Below are positions 50,825 to 64,000 of a stretch of 64,000 nt of DNA, in pieces. The stretch is from positions 218,563 to 282,562 of the forward strand of contig JAQGDQ010000305.1 in NCBI GenBank assembly GCA_030141605.1. The letters run 5' to 3'. The notes beneath the pieces are model-generated. The model did not search any database. It worked only from the letters and a program-made list of their open reading frames with translations, and was not told the origin of the DNA. A program made the position numbers and the translations under genes. Within the stretch, counting starts at the first letter, position 1, and every line of letters starts with the position of its first letter. The DNA is from Tubiluchus corallicola (taxonomy: Eukaryota > Animalia > Priapulida).

Positions 50825-53091
50825 CATTACAAAAAACTGATATACGTATAGTATTAAATGTCTACTCTTTCTTTGTAAGTAACACTGAAAATTGATCAAC
50901 AAATTTTGTTTTGCAAAGGCGTTTGCTACTACTGCTGTAATACTACTACTACTACTACTACCACTGCTGCTATAGCCACATTCAAATGTTAGTTCTCTGG
51001 TGTTATAACGGTTGACAATTTCCTTGCTTGTCAGTTGTCGTTACCATTGCTTTTCGGTTGAGTTACGGCAATGGTCAGACGTACTACAAATATAAAGTTA
51101 AGTTTGATTGATAATTACACAAATTAAGTTATCAGAAAGCAATTTGGTTGTGAGACCTTTGGGATAGGGAAACAAGGTGCTGAGAAACCTGGATAGGGGA
51201 CCAGTGAACCGAAGACCAATTCATTTAATCCAAGGTGCTTTTATTAATTTTGGCTAAGCATGTTGATATTGCTGCATCCTATTTTGGATCACTATTCCAA
51301 GTTTTACATAGAATGAAATGGAATACATCTTACTTGATTGGAATCTTAGTCTAATCAGAAACAAAAACATCAATAAATTTTGCTATATTCATAACATTGT
51401 TGATTTTTTTGTTTTTGATCAAGATCAATATGCTTCGTATCTATAAGTGGCCAAGAGTGTTATATTGTAATATTGTGGGCAAACTCAGATCATAGACCTG
51501 TGCCTGGATTCCTAAAGCGGAGTGCCATACCTAAATGTCACAATTATTACAGTTTTGCTTGTTTACGAGTTAGGTTGTTAAGGAAATCGTAACTCTTACT
51601 TTGGGTTCATAAAAGACTTTTTTACTATTATTGCCTTTTAAAAGCTTCCGTGCTCCGTGTTGTTGGATTTTGCTCAGTCAATCACTCAACTGTAACACTG
51701 AATGTGCAGGAAAAGTGAGAGAGTACAGATTAGATTAATGTATTGCTATGTTTTTTTATTTTGTATTCTGTTACTTTAGCTATTTGTCATGTTTCTTTTG
51801 CTTGCGTGCTCTATGAGGTATAAAATGCAACGCCTATATCTGTAATAGTTCAGCTATAAGAATTTTATTAGTTGGGTTTCGAAAGCTCTTTTTAAAAGAT
51901 GTAATGATAGCTGCACACAGTAGCAGTAATGTTCAGTAAGAAAAAAGAAAGCTCACTGTAAAAGAATCGCAAATTAATCATCAAATTATTCCATACATAG
52001 GTACAAAACTTTATTTAAAGTCGGTTTTAGAATAACAAACATTAGCACGTGTGCTAGTCTTCACCGACATAAAAATAAAAGCATTAAAACACAGGTAATA
52101 CAACAAATAATACATTCTTGTCCAAAATGAGAGACGGTGAAATGATACTGTAAGACGAATTGTTCAAACAGGGATGATAGTAGCTGAAGTACCTATGCCA
52201 ACAGCAGCTACTACTGCTGCTGCTGCTGCTGATACTACTACCACTACTACACCATCACCAACAGAAGGGCTACCAGTCACAGCACTACTGGTTCATAGAA
52301 AAAATTGCGTGTAGTTAATATTTCATTTCAGTTAACTGGGAAGTCGTTTTTTGTCAAAAATTCAATAGCTGAAGCGGTCAAGTTTGATACTAGGCAGCAT
52401 GTAGATTTCCGTAGGGTGTTCAGTTATACATGGATGAGGTAATTAAACATTAGAGGTAAAAGCTGGCCCAATGTTTTACTGTTGGTTGTTGATCATATAT
52501 CTAAGCTGTGATCCATGACTGATGTACATGTATTTATAGCCAGTTTATTTCACTTTTACATTAATATTTGAACCATAATGGAACAAACACCTGTGTATCA
52601 TGTTTTTATCATGTGCATCACCCGAGGTAAAAATAAATTTCTGTTCTATTCTAATGCTACTGAACAGTTCACTCAATTTTACTTATCTTTTGTTCATTTG
52701 TAGGATTCCCCAAGTTTACATGCACCCAGAAATTCTACTTGTACATTGTACCAGTCAATCATTGATATGATTGCTGTAGAAGAGGGTGTGTTTAGCAACA
52801 CTGGCAGGTGGAATCAGGCAGTCAACTCCTCTCTGTATGGAATCAGCTTGAGAGGGAACAAGCGACTAGTATACCGGAAACACAAAGGTTTGGACATTGT
52901 ACAAGACTAGCTGATAGTGTATTTGTCATTTCACTGTATTGAGAAAACTGTGCCATTTTTTAGTACAGAACCTTTTTTCTCAAGACTTTTACAGTATTTC
53001 TTGTGATCAAATAAATGATTTCTTAACAAATAACAGAAGAAATAGATTTGTTAACTTTCTTTGCTGCACGCTCTTTAAACTGCTACATTTG

Positions 53092-54267
53092 CTAGCTGTT
53101 TAGCCAAATCTTTAAACTTTTGAGAAAGCCTGGCTGCTCTGAAATTGAAAGCTCTCCCTTTCTGTAAAATGATTCACATTTGTTCCATAGATTTTGCAAG
53201 AATCGTGGGTTCCTTCTGTAAGGCGCTACCACACTGGGAGGGCTGTTATCCCAAGGGTCGTGTACCCACCTGGCCATAGTGAATGGATCATAGTCAACTC
53301 TTCTTTTAAAGTGCTGCAGTTGTATGCCTAGTGCATCTGCTAGAATTCCTAACATGACATCATCGATCCAGAAATAGGGCATGTCAACTGAAAGGACATT
53401 AACAGCCCGAACAACGTCGCTACTCATAATTACCGCCCAACCTGAGCAGTAGGGCTTAAATTGCCCATGTGGAAATTCACTCTCACTAACATACCATTTA
53501 CTTCTCATGTCTCTAACTGGTGACATCCCTGAAAATACATTACACAGAACCAGACGGTTGGCATTTCTGTATCTGCCTTGTAAATTGTCTACAATCCTGT
53601 AGATGTCTACAAAGACATCATCGTCTGCTTTCAAGACAAATTTAGCACTAGAACAATAAGATGTCACCCACTTCAGGCCCATCATTAATTTGTAAGTTAG
53701 GTTTTTATAAGAGTCGATAAAGTTGCCTTGCACAATATCATGATACTTGTCATTTTCTGACACTACAGTTTTCTGTGATACGGTGGTGTTTCTTGAAGCT
53801 AACAAAAACACTGTTTTTATGGACTTCCCGAAACGACGTGTTGGATAGGCCCACGTTGTTCGCAGGGCTGTCCTTTCTGCTTCATTCTCCGGGGCAGAAT
53901 GGACTAGAATGACTAGAAATGTTTGGTTATCACATACATGGTTGTTAATTACATACTCGAAATTGTCCAGGTTTACCAGCTTGTGATCTGGTACAATGAC
54001 ACCAAGGTCTAGCGGATCCGGATTAGTCCTCAAGGTCCAATCACTTGGAAACTCTACACATTCTGGACATAGAATTATAAATACTATAAGAAAAGTCAGA
54101 CAGAACGAAAGAAGGCTGACTAAGCACATTAATTGATAAGTCACTGTGCACCTTGAGCTCCACATTAACATTGAGGTAGAACGGTTGCCCATTTTGGACG
54201 GTTGGTACCGTGGCAACTTGGTGGGCATGCGTTTTGATGTTTTGCTAGAAGTTGAACTCACAATCAT
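53092..54267 (-). CDS. GT31 beta-1,3-galactosyltransferase-like type II membrane glycosyltransferase
   Basis: N-terminal TM; motifs LVHSAP, RTTW, DIVQGNFIDSYKNLTYK, KADDD (DxD), PYCSG, IDDVMLG; first ATG at 54267 (the ORF track starts at a TTG); probable 5'UTR intron 54418-54721. Confidence 0.92.
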   Translation of the reverse strand: MIVSSTSSKTSKRMPTKLPRYQPSKMGNRSTSMLMWSSRCTVTYQLMCLVSLLSFCLTFLIVFIILCPECVEFPSDWTLRTNPDPLDLGVIVPDHKLVNLDNFEYVINNHVCDNQTFLVILVHSAPENEAERTALRTTWAYPTRRFGKSIKTVFLLASRNTTVSQKTVVSENDKYHDIVQGNFIDSYKNLTYKLMMGLKWVTSYCSSAKFVLKADDDVFVDIYRIVDNLQGRYRNANRLVLCNVFSGMSPVRDMRSKWYVSESEFPHGQFKPYCSGWAVIMSSDVVRAVNVLSVDMPYFWIDDVMLGILADALGIQLQHFKRRVDYDPFTMARWVHDPWDNSPPSVVAPYRRNPRFLQNLWNKCESFYRKGELSISEQPGFLKSLKIWLNS

Positions 54268-56068
54268 CTCTGGCAACTAAATGATATCTTGTAAAAACGC
54301 ATTTAGAATATAAGTGTACTTTTGAGTGTGATTTAAGCTAATACATGCGCAGTAGCTATTATGTGCCTGTCACATTCGTTGATACTTGGTGCACCCATTG
54401 CAGTGGTGATTCGTTACCTAGAAGATTTAAATAGCTAAATTTGAATCTGAATCATAGAGGCATTGTCGTTTCATCTTATTGTCATCTAAATATATATAAA
54501 AATACATAGCGTTAAACTTGCAGAAAAAAATCATAACCATAGTCAACGTCGATATATACATTGCAATATTTGAATAAAATTGATTACTTCATCAAAAGAT
54601 TGGGCTCACTATAAAATTATTCGCTGCATCGCTTGAAAACTCTCTATGCGGTCCTTGCATGTTGAAGATAAAGTAAACGTTATTTACTTTACGCTGTACT
54701 GAAAAATAATTAAGACTTTACCTAAAATTAATGAACTGCAGTCTGTCTATTTGTTCTACGTCCTTCTGATCATTCGCATTGTTGTGGCTCTGGTACTTAA
54801 AAGCTTGCAAGTATAAACAGCTAATTTCACATTGAAAAATGAAAAAATCTAATATATATCAGTCACTGAACTATTAATGAGACTTAACGACGTAATTCCT
54901 TATTGATAGTTGCCAGGATGATATTGGTCGCACACACGAAAACATAAAAATTGATCAAATCCTGCAAGTTTTAGGAAATTCACGTGATGCACAATAAACC
55001 AGTTCCCTTTCAAAAGGAGTAGCAGTACTGACCACACTTCACAGCACATGCACGGCATCTGCGCGGCAACGCGTTGTTCATTGGACCTTGAACCAAGCGG
55101 TTATTAAATTCATCCTTCGTTTAGAAAAGCTATCTCAGCACTCTAGTTACTTTAGTTGATCACCTCTATTTTAAATTGCTATTTTGTAAATTAAAGCTCA
55201 TACGCACTGCGAAGATTGTAAGCGCTAGCGCCAGAATAAATCGAAAATGACGTGGAAAAGTTGCCAGTAAAAGAATATTTTTCATCCTGAAACTGGATAC
55301 GCCTCAATGCATGATGAGATGAGATCGCGTATTACACGTACACTATTATTAAACTAGTCATTCACTTTCTTCTATTTTAAACTGAGCCAAGGATGGAAAC
55401 TGAGCGTAACAATCAGTGTTATAATTACACTGTTATCTGATCAAGCACGCATATATTCGGATTTCAAAAACTATCAGCTATGATAATTAAACGACACTGC
55501 TTTTTTATTTATTGACGGTAATTATCGACAGCTTCGATATCGAAGTAATTCAATAAAATAACTGTGGCATCAGAGAAAATGACAAAATTTTTATAATTTA
55601 GATAACTTATAAGTTCTTCAAGAAAAGCAGTTAATTGGCTTGTGTGTTATATTGCTTTGCACAACGAATGTTTCATTTTGAACAGCTTATCCGCGGAGTA
55701 GCTGCCCAAAAAATTTTGATCAGAAGTCGAACTCACAGTAATCATAAGAGCATTAGCAAACTAGCGTAGCTTTTAATACTTATGTTCTGTCTGCGGTCAG
55801 TAGAGCAATAACCCTCTTAGCCTTTTTTAGAGTTTCTCTGTATGCTGATCGATTGTTTTCCAAAGCTCGCGACTAAAAGGTGTTCTTTGAGTGTATTCTT
55901 AAGTGAAGTTAATAAACAAAAAAGTAGTATATACGCTAAAGCTTTCACTAAAAAATAGTAGTTGTGAACATTTGGATTAAGGCTACTTGGACAATGGTCA
56001 TTGAGGTAATTTAATTGCAAAAAGTCGAGAAGTTACTCAGCCAATTGATCAGGTCGTTTGCTGCTTTA

Positions 56069-56220
56069 AGTGGCGTTTATGTAGCATCCGGAATGCGCTA
56101 TGCGGTATTCACTGCGGAAAAAATAATGCATAACAGGGCAGATAAACGGAGTGCATTGAAAACAATATAAACCGATTTTATCTATTTCGCGCCCCCATAA
56201 CGCATACGCATTCCGGATTT
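56069..56220. mobile_element. Harbinger-like MITE, second copy of 23396-23605
   Basis: agtggcgtttatgtagcatccggaatgcgctatgcg...cattgaaaacaatataaaccgatttta...gcattccgga. Confidence 0.75.
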
Positions 56221-56739
56221 TGCATCACACTGGTGTGATTATTAACACATTTATTAATAAAGATTAAAATCTTCATTAATTTTATATTATAACTTTTGTA
56301 AATTTTGATTTTTTAATGTAAATATATTTTATGAACTTCGTGTTCGAAATAAACAAACCACCTTACTTACTTACTGACTACTGGGCTGATCTAGGGATGT
56401 ACGCTAAAAACTCACTTTGCCATTTTTAATAATAAATTGCGTAAAATAATATAGTGCCCTTGCATTAGTTGAAATACCAATTGATGTTTAGTTTACAACA
56501 AGACCTATATAATACATGTATACATCACACTGCACGAGGGGTCGATACAGAGATTACGAGTACAAGGCGTCGATGAGAGAGCTTAGAAGTGCCCGACATG
56601 TGATGTAGCATTGCGACTGTCGCTTGCGAACATGCTGGGTACAAAGATTTAGAAGAATATCATTTAACATAATTTCAGTAATTATGTTATTTAATTAAAG
56701 CGTCATACATATATAGACGTGCAAAAGTAATGCTAATAT

Positions 56740-56995
56740 AGAAAATCTGAAAAATTCTTGCCTCTGCTGGGAGTCGAACCCAAGTCGCTCTTTTCGGGCA
56801 GCCATGTTAACATAACAGAGCCACACTGACATTTCAGATTCAGAAATTTACACACACATCCACACTGCATAAAGATATGGTACCCATCGAAATCGTTTAA
56901 ATTCACGAAAGCAATACTAAATTGGAAAGCCTGAAAAGTTTTCACCGCCACTGGGACTCGAACCCAAGACCTTCTGCATATATTGCACTACAGGG
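56740..56995 (-). mobile_element. Two tandem tRNA-derived SINE-like units
   Basis: Two B-box/T-arm motifs (gggttcgactccc, gggttcgagtccc) about 183 bp apart, each followed by ttttcag. Confidence 0.55.
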
Positions 56996-59153
56996 GCACA
57001 CCTTCCTGGCGACTGAAGAAAATCGTCCGGATGCAGAATATATTGTCTTATTGCTACATTCAGAGCTTTTCTGGGGGCGTACATTTCTCAACTGGCAAAC
57101 TAATTGCAGAAAAATGCCTGCAGTAAGGCACTTCTGCTCCCACCACACAAATTTGGTTGTTGTTGGTAGTAAGCATTTTATAACCTTTATTTGGCTTAAC
57201 TGAATGTAAATATCTTTTTTAAAAGCACACGGGCAGAAACAGCATCTTAGCTGTGAAACATGAGAGTTTGAGAGGATTTCTTACACTTTTTCTGACTCGT
57301 CTGATTTGTTAAAATTGGCCTTTCTTTCATGTATGAGCTCTTATAGATAAACAGTGCACTTATAGATGTTTTTATCAGATGCATTAAATAAAATTTTCGA
57401 CAGTTGTATCATTTTGGCAATAAGTTAGTGACCTGAAAAATGGTACCCTTTTAACTGCAAAATCTTCTGCACAAAGGAACACGTGGGGAATAAACATTTC
57501 TTAAGTTCACCTTTTATACAGGGTTTATTCGTGGTGATTTCAAAAATAGTATTTCAAACATACAGAAATATAAACACTGCAGTTATATTAGCTATCATTC
57601 AGCAAATGTTAGATCTTTTGCAATTTTTTACTTTGGTATAACAACTATTTCTTTCTGTGAGTAGATACAGAAGATACTAATTAATATTTAAGATGGCAAC
57701 GGAGTGGAATATTATGTCCTGTAGCAATAGCATGTTAAATTTTGTTATCCCCTCCTCTCTCTCTGTCATCAATCTTATATACATTATTATTATTTTATTT
57801 ATATGGTAGGTAATTAGGTTACAGATGGTTTAGTATTTTTGTGTTTGTTTGTAAATAGTATCTATAATTTGTGTCTGATTGTATGTGTTATACTATACAC
57901 CTTGAGTGTGAAATAAAAAGTTAAATTCAAATTCAAATCTCTGCAAGTAGTATATATTATATCTTATGCATACATAATGTTATGGAACATATAAGATGCA
58001 ATAATTTTATATACTACTTCTATATATAATATAACAAATATCAACATTATATGCAAATGTAGGATATGTTTTACATTAGTAATATCATGATGCAGAATTG
58101 CTAGCTTGTTTCATAAGAAATTGATAACTGTGAAGAATTTGATATAAAAATTTGATTTAACATTCATAATATAAGGCTTTTTTAACATTTATGTACGTAT
58201 AGAAGGTTTATTGTGTAATTTTGAATAGAGATTTTTAATAATAATAATAATAATAATCTCTCACTCCCCTCCCACCTCCTTTATTTTCATTCATTCATTC
58301 ATTAATTTAAATATCAAATTTCCAATTTCTTGACCAAACTTATTCTACATGTGTTAAGCATTCATAATTAGATATTGTTTTAATTAATTTTTAATACTGT
58401 TACTCTGATTGCTTAGGCAATGGAAATGTGAATTGGCATCAAAAACACAAAGCAGAGTATTTCCAATAATAGCAGGTGTTTAAACATCTTTATTGCAAAT
58501 AACCTTCCCCGAACATCTTCAACCGAGTTTGTTAATCTTGCATTGGATTTTGGAAACGTTTAACAACAACTACAATAATAAACAACTGAAATTTACAACT
58601 TACACAAAATTTTTTAATATCTGCAAAAATACCAAAGATCTTACTTTCTAGTAATACATAAAATTATAACAATTGCGAAAAAGAATAATACCTAGGCACA
58701 TCAATAAAGACTATATAAAGCAACAAAGTTAAGTCAAGGAAATAATGTTCCCACCTTTTACAGAAAAACAAAGTACATAACCTTTCAAATTCATCAACAA
58801 TATAACAGTATTGTTTGTTAAGTAATTTTGCAAGATGCTATGTAAAGCGATTAATAATTTACTATAAATGCTATAATGAATAAAGTCATTATAGGCGATA
58901 TATCAATAATATATAGAGTCTATAGGTGCAGAAATGCTATTGGAGTAATTAAGGTTACTCACAGAAAAAAGGTCGGAATTACAGTCTCAGCTAGTGGCAT
59001 TGGGGAGCAACCATGTTAAACTTCAATTTTACTTTTGCTTATTGACATTGGCATTTAGTTTTATTGATTTTTGGCAGCTTAAAGCAGCACAAGTTCATCC
59101 ATAGAAACATCAATCAAGACTTTAATTTTTTCAAACATGTATTTTAGTTTCAA

Positions 59154-59753
59154 TCACAAATGTTTAGTAAATGTTCTTTGCTTTCGCGAATTAAACACTT
59201 TTCTTTTTTTCTTCTTTGATGCTAGTTTGCATATATTTGAATGTCGTTCAATTCTGTCGTCTGCAAACTGGCGGCCACATATGCTGCAAAACTGACAACC
59301 TGGATCTGGTGTTTTTTTCATGGCCTTCTCATCTTCACTGTCTTCAGAATCATTACTGCTATTATGACCATTAACTGTTTGCGCGTATTCTTTCTCATTT
59401 GCATTTTGCAGATCGAGTTGCCTTTGCTCGCTTTCAATTCCTCTTGCCAGTTGCTTGCTGACGTTTTCAGACTGAGTTTGTATTTGCTCATCTTTCTTGG
59501 GGCTTGTCCCGTTGTTTTTTCCACCATGTGATTCACCGATCTGATTTAAACTTGCTGGATTTCGACTACTAGTGTTTTCAGCAACAAATGCATCAAAAAC
59601 TCCTTTATTTGTAATGTGATTACTTTTACTATCTTTGCTGTTTTTGTTGGTCTGACTTACAAATGATTTGCGTTTGTTGAGCCATGCTACACCTCCATCA
59701 AGCGTCTTCTGGTAGAACATCTTTGGTCCTCTCTCTTTAATTGGACATTCATA
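59154..59753 (-). CDS. ZC2HC1-like C2HC zinc-finger protein, last coding exon
   Basis: Acceptor ttag|TAT in frame; CSICGRQFADDRIERHSNICKLASKKKKRKVFNSRKQR fits the zf-C2HC_2 pattern CxxCGRxF...HxxxC...RKVFxxxKQR. Confidence 0.85.
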   Translation of the reverse strand, partial: YECPIKERGPKMFYQKTLDGGVAWLNKRKSFVSQTNKNSKDSKSNHITNKGVFDAFVAENTSSRNPASLNQIGESHGGKNNGTSPKKDEQIQTQSENVSKQLARGIESEQRQLDLQNANEKEYAQTVNGHNSSNDSEDSEDEKAMKKTPDPGCQFCSICGRQFADDRIERHSNICKLASKKKKRKVFNSRKQRTFTKHL

Positions 59754-59861
59754 CTAATAAATGGAAAGCAAATTACTAACATACAAGCAATATAAATCCA
59801 TGGAAAATAATACTGATGGAAATTATTATTTGGCAATGACAAAAAGTTTATTGTACAGTAC

Positions 59862-60631
59862 CTGTTTGTTGGAAGCATTCTCTTCACTAGTGAACGATGA
59901 ATGTCTGACCTTAGGTTTTAGCTCTGTTTGTGTTAGTTTATCACTCTCTGCTGTCATTTTTAGGTCCTGTTCAGACGTTTTTCTTGGGACTCGAGAAAAA
60001 TAGAGGTTTGGCTCTGTTTTCCTTTGCACAATTGGAGACTTGAGCTTAGTATGTGGGCTTCGTTCACCATTTTGCATAAACTGTGTCCCATTCTCAATCG
60101 TACCATTCTGGTAAGATTGAAGCAGCTCCAGACTGACGTTACTGCTTGCTCGGCTTTGAAAAGGAGATCTGTCTCCTGGACTTATTGGACTGGGACTTAA
60201 ACTTAAGTTGCTTCCATAACGAGACAGTTTATCAGTTGGTAATGGTAACAACAGTTGATGGCGTAGTGCACTGCCATACTCATAGTTACGATTAAAATCC
60301 CCTTCGCCCTCATTATAGTCATTGTAATTTTTTTGATAGCTTGTTTTCAACAAGTGTGAATCCATTGATGATGATGTCATTCCAGTTTTAAAGAACGAAC
60401 ATTTTTCTTTGGCAGCAGAGTTCAGCTTATGGCTGATTGGGGGAAGCAGTTGTGGGTCTGAACGACGGCGCATATGCAACATTCGTGAATTTGCTGAACT
60501 CTGACTAGCAGAATCATCTTGACTAGCTTGGGCTTTTTTCATTTTGAAATGTGCATCAATGCTTAGTGTTGGATTCCCTGATTTTTCCATTTTTCTGCGT
60601 TCACGAAAGAATTCTCTAACTACGCCTTTCT
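59862..60631 (-). CDS. ZC2HC1-like protein, penultimate exon (low complexity); 5' exons not located
   Basis: ttttcag|AG...CAG|gtact; 770-nt open frame joined in phase across a 108-nt intron to the zinc-finger exon. Confidence 0.75.
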
Positions 60632-62101
60632 CTGAAAAGGAAAAATTGAAACAGGGTTGTGCTATAATACCAATATAATCATTGTTACTAACAAAGACCA
60701 GTATGAGTGACATTGTTACAGAGAAAGAAAGTCAAGACATTAATTCTCATTTAATATTAAGAGTCTTAAAAAGAAGTACTTTAAAGATACTTAGTATATT
60801 TTTATATATTATATACATACACAAGATGATGGCAATTACTAGTCATCCTTTATCTGTCGTGCACTGCCGTAATAATTTAAGTGAGTGTTTAACAGGATTC
60901 AAGAAATTTTAAATAATTTAGGTCACATCTCATGTCTTCATTTCACTCGCGTTAGCCTTGCAATGTTTTTATTTACAGTAGTGATGATCGTTTTGGGAAA
61001 CAACCAGAAACAGCCTTTAGCCACAGTTATCACAAAAATTACCAAAAGGCTAAAAATACTACATAAATAATGAATTCAGTGCTAAGTTAAATAGATATAA
61101 AACTACTTGACAGTTGATGCTCATGTTGTATTGACTCTCATCCAACGGTAATCTTTTTCAAGTTTTTCACACAAATTTACTTTTCAATTGCTATACTATA
61201 TTTATTCAACTTAGCACTGACTTTATTATCTCTGTAGTATTTTTAGGTATTTTAATAATGATAATGTTACTAAAGACTGTTTTTGTCCTTATTTTCAGCT
61301 TGACAGTTGCTACTGTAAATAAAGACACTTTGATGCCTTGAAGCTGTAATTACACTGGCTCTTTCCCTTATTTCATTATTTACTTTATTACGTTTTTAAC
61401 GGTTTTTTAACACTACTTATGTTACATGTACACAATGGTCTGTCAACTATGTTTTTAGACCGACATCATATAGTGACACCAGCTAATTGTTCTCAGTATT
61501 TATTTTACTAGTTGTAGTCTGTATATTAGAAGTGTCTGTGCGTCGCAGTGGACATAAATTCTTGAATCTTGAATAAAGAAATCCAGAGAATATGGTAATA
61601 AATACTTTTACACTGATTACTATATTATGTTGGAACAGATTTTCTGCAAGACAGCCCATATCATTGAAAATCAAATGGACAGTTGAAAAAAAGCAATTAT
61701 ATTAAACCACAACAATAACATGCAGTCCGGTATGTGCACAGTCACTGTGTTTCCCATGGTATAAGTAATTAACTCGAATTAGACATTGATCATTTAAAAT
61801 GAAATTGCTGATTGGCAAGGTTGTTAGGAAACGAGATTTATTGATACCTGATGACGTCAGTAAATCACCTGGCATAGCCATTTAATTAGGTTAAAAGCTG
61901 TTTAGTCTAAGCAACGAAGCTATCACATTCTTATTTTAAAATGCAATGTAGTTTAACTTTATTATACCCATAAACAATTAAGTTATATAGCATCAGTTAA
62001 GTAACCTAATGGTGAGATCCTGTCATTAAGTTTGCTACGTCTAATAGTGGCAGAATTGCAGTGTAAAATAACTAAAGTAACTAAGCCCACACAATTTAAA
62101 T

Positions 62102-62146
62102 ACCCTAACCCTAACCCAAACTTAACCATAGCCGTAATCCTAACCC
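62102..62146 (-). repeat. Short degenerate interstitial (TTAGGG)n-like tract
   Basis: accctaaccctaacccaaacttaaccatagccgtaatcctaaccc. Confidence 0.55.
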
Positions 62147-63204
62147 ATCTCACAAACTTATATCTTGTGTGGGGGAATTGTAAACTTTAGCCAAGCTATC
62201 ATATGAGATATGTACGGTCAAGGGCAGAATCTGGATTTATAAGCCTCGGTTCTGCAAAGGGCTTTCACGTAAACTGTCTGCATTTAGATCTCAAAGACAA
62301 GAAACCCTGAGAGAAATCTTCAGTAAAAGTAGCCTTAAAAATAGTTCATATATGTAGCAACAGTCCTTTGATGAGTAAGAACCTGAAGACCACCTAACTG
62401 ATTAACATTTGCATCATCTGTTAAGTGGATTACGGTACCATAACAAGATGTGGTTGCAAGCAGTCCATGTGTGATCTGCTAGTTGATTTGCACAGATAAC
62501 CATCAGGAGCTGGATATTTTCAACCATAATATAAAGGTGCCACTTTTTTTCGATAAGTTTGTGGCACTTTCCTAATTCATTATAATGCACATTTAATATA
62601 CAGTGAACAAAAATCCCAGATCTATATATAAGAAAAGCCCAAATTGGAGCAAGCCTTCTATAAATGCTGAGTCGCCTAAAAACAACAAAACAATTGGACT
62701 TTTTTACTATTCTGGTATTTCACCTGGCTTATTATAAAGGTGGCAACTTATCATTTTTCATTCCAGCAAACTACACAATGATTCTTTCACAGTTTACAAG
62801 ACTTATATTGTCTTCTACTACAATTAATACTGATAACTATATGAAACTAGAATGGCACATGGTTGAGTACAGACTTCTACCAAGGCTGACCAGTCCTAAA
62901 CATGTCCGCCTTACTCATGTTTGATGGAAAACTAATCCGAAATGTAAAACTCCTTGTGCAAAACTTTAGCTTCCAGGCTACTCTACAAGCCAAGGTTTAG
63001 CTCCTTTTTCAAACTAAAATGGCACTCAGAAGAGTACAACTAATGCTCGCAGATTATAATTTACTAAACTATAGAGTGCTAGTGGCTTGTGTTAAGATCA
63101 TAAGATTGTTCTCACATCTTGTTAACGATACAGGCCTTTGCTTTTTGCAGCACTTTATTGTGATGCCACAGAATTTTTTCATACAAGCCTATAATCAATC
63201 AACT

Positions 63205-63400
63205 ATCCATCAGAATTCTTGATTAAATATTCCCTCACAATTCATAATTGATCATTGCCAAAAATTAATGGGTTCTTCCCAGTCCCGTCCCCTACCCTCC
63301 ATGAAGTTTCATGGAAGTTAAGTAGTTTTCATGTAAGCATGTTGATGTGTTCACAGACAAACAAACGTCGATGAAACATTTGTCTTTGGTGACGGCAAAA
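63205..63400 (+). mobile_element. Helitron/Helentron-associated non-autonomous element, 3' end
   Basis: ...aagtttcatggaa...cacagacaaacaaacgtcgatgaaac...ttggtgacggcaa resembles a widespread invertebrate element end; recognised by pattern only. Confidence 0.4.
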
Positions 63401-64000
63401 ATCTCTGGTGATTGCGATTTCTTGTCACCAGTGGAGTTATTTCTCTCAATAAATTTTGGACAAGAATGATCACAATGGGTGGAACAGTTTGTAACTCAAC
63501 ATAAATTGAAAGATGTTGAATGGCATTAGATCTCATGCACTCCTTACTTAGTTAATATTTACAAGAAAAGCTGCTTTTGAGTAGTTGTTTTTTATTGGTG
63601 TTATTTATAATTCCTATTTTCATTACAGACTGATAAATACCTTTTCAAAAAGCATTTGCTGACAATTTTTCTACTGGACACAGCAAAATTTGGTCACTGA
63701 TATCTACAATTCTTTGAGAAACAAAGCCAAGCCGTGTGCATTTGAGAGGCAGATAACAACATAACATAGATTTAGTTTGTTATCCTTCAAGTAACAGTCA
63801 ATGCCAAGGCAAAAATTTGTCCAGCTACAAAATTATATATGATACTCTAATGGTGTCTTTTATAAAAAGATATAATATTGTTATGGATTTTTGGATCACT
63901 TAATGCATTTTAATGTTGACTACTACTGACTGAAAGCATTAATATTATAAAGCCTCAGGACTTGTGCAGGTCAAGGTATCAAAATATAATGAAGTGGGGG

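Noticed and set aside
59721-59861. Apparent split ORF, frameshift or readthrough between ORFs 59826-60713 and 59154-59720
   Set aside because: Explained by a canonical 108-nt GT-AG intron (59754-59861) joining them in phase.
62102-62146. Telomere or chromosome-fusion relic
   Set aside because: Only a few degenerate units; such tracts are common inside invertebrate transposons.
1-64000. CRISPR arrays, operons or other prokaryotic systems; the remaining short ORF-track entries
   Set aside because: The window is eukaryotic with spliced genes; no repeat-spacer array is visible, and the other short ORFs are antisense shadows, intronic or repeat-derived.

Overview
AT-rich, intron-rich genomic DNA from a bilaterian invertebrate (spliceosomal GT-AG introns; species not determinable from sequence alone). 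I could assemble six protein-coding genes by hand. (1) 3' five exons of sirtuin-2 (+, 275-4475). (2) A BTB-BACK-PHR gene of the BTBD3/BTBD6 family (-, 8157-11804, about 490 aa). (3) Head-to-head with it, a kindlin/fermitin gene (+, ATG at 13114 or 13801, stop at 44933, 694-704 aa). (4) A highly divergent Q50 homeobox gene with a CtBP-type VLDLSKK motif (+, 49002 to 50514 or 50824). (5) A single-coding-exon GT31 beta-1,3-glycosyltransferase (-, 53092-54267). (6) The 3' exons of a ZC2HC1-like zinc-finger gene (-, 59154-60631). Introns and intergenic DNA carry many MITEs (Tc1/mariner/pogo, Harbinger-like, Kolobok-like, hAT-like), LINE remnants (RTE, L2/CR1) and tRNA-derived SINE heads. The best novel candidate is a 75-nt, phase 0-0 cassette exon inside a kindlin intron (40882-40956). 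It would insert a cysteine string (CCKCCSRCCEPCCCACC, 11 Cys in 17 aa) just before the F3 integrin-binding region, and it is followed by an MBNL-type YGCY cluster. This suggests a splicing-controlled palmitoylation or metal-binding switch on an integrin activator. All exon structures are manual predictions without transcript evidence.
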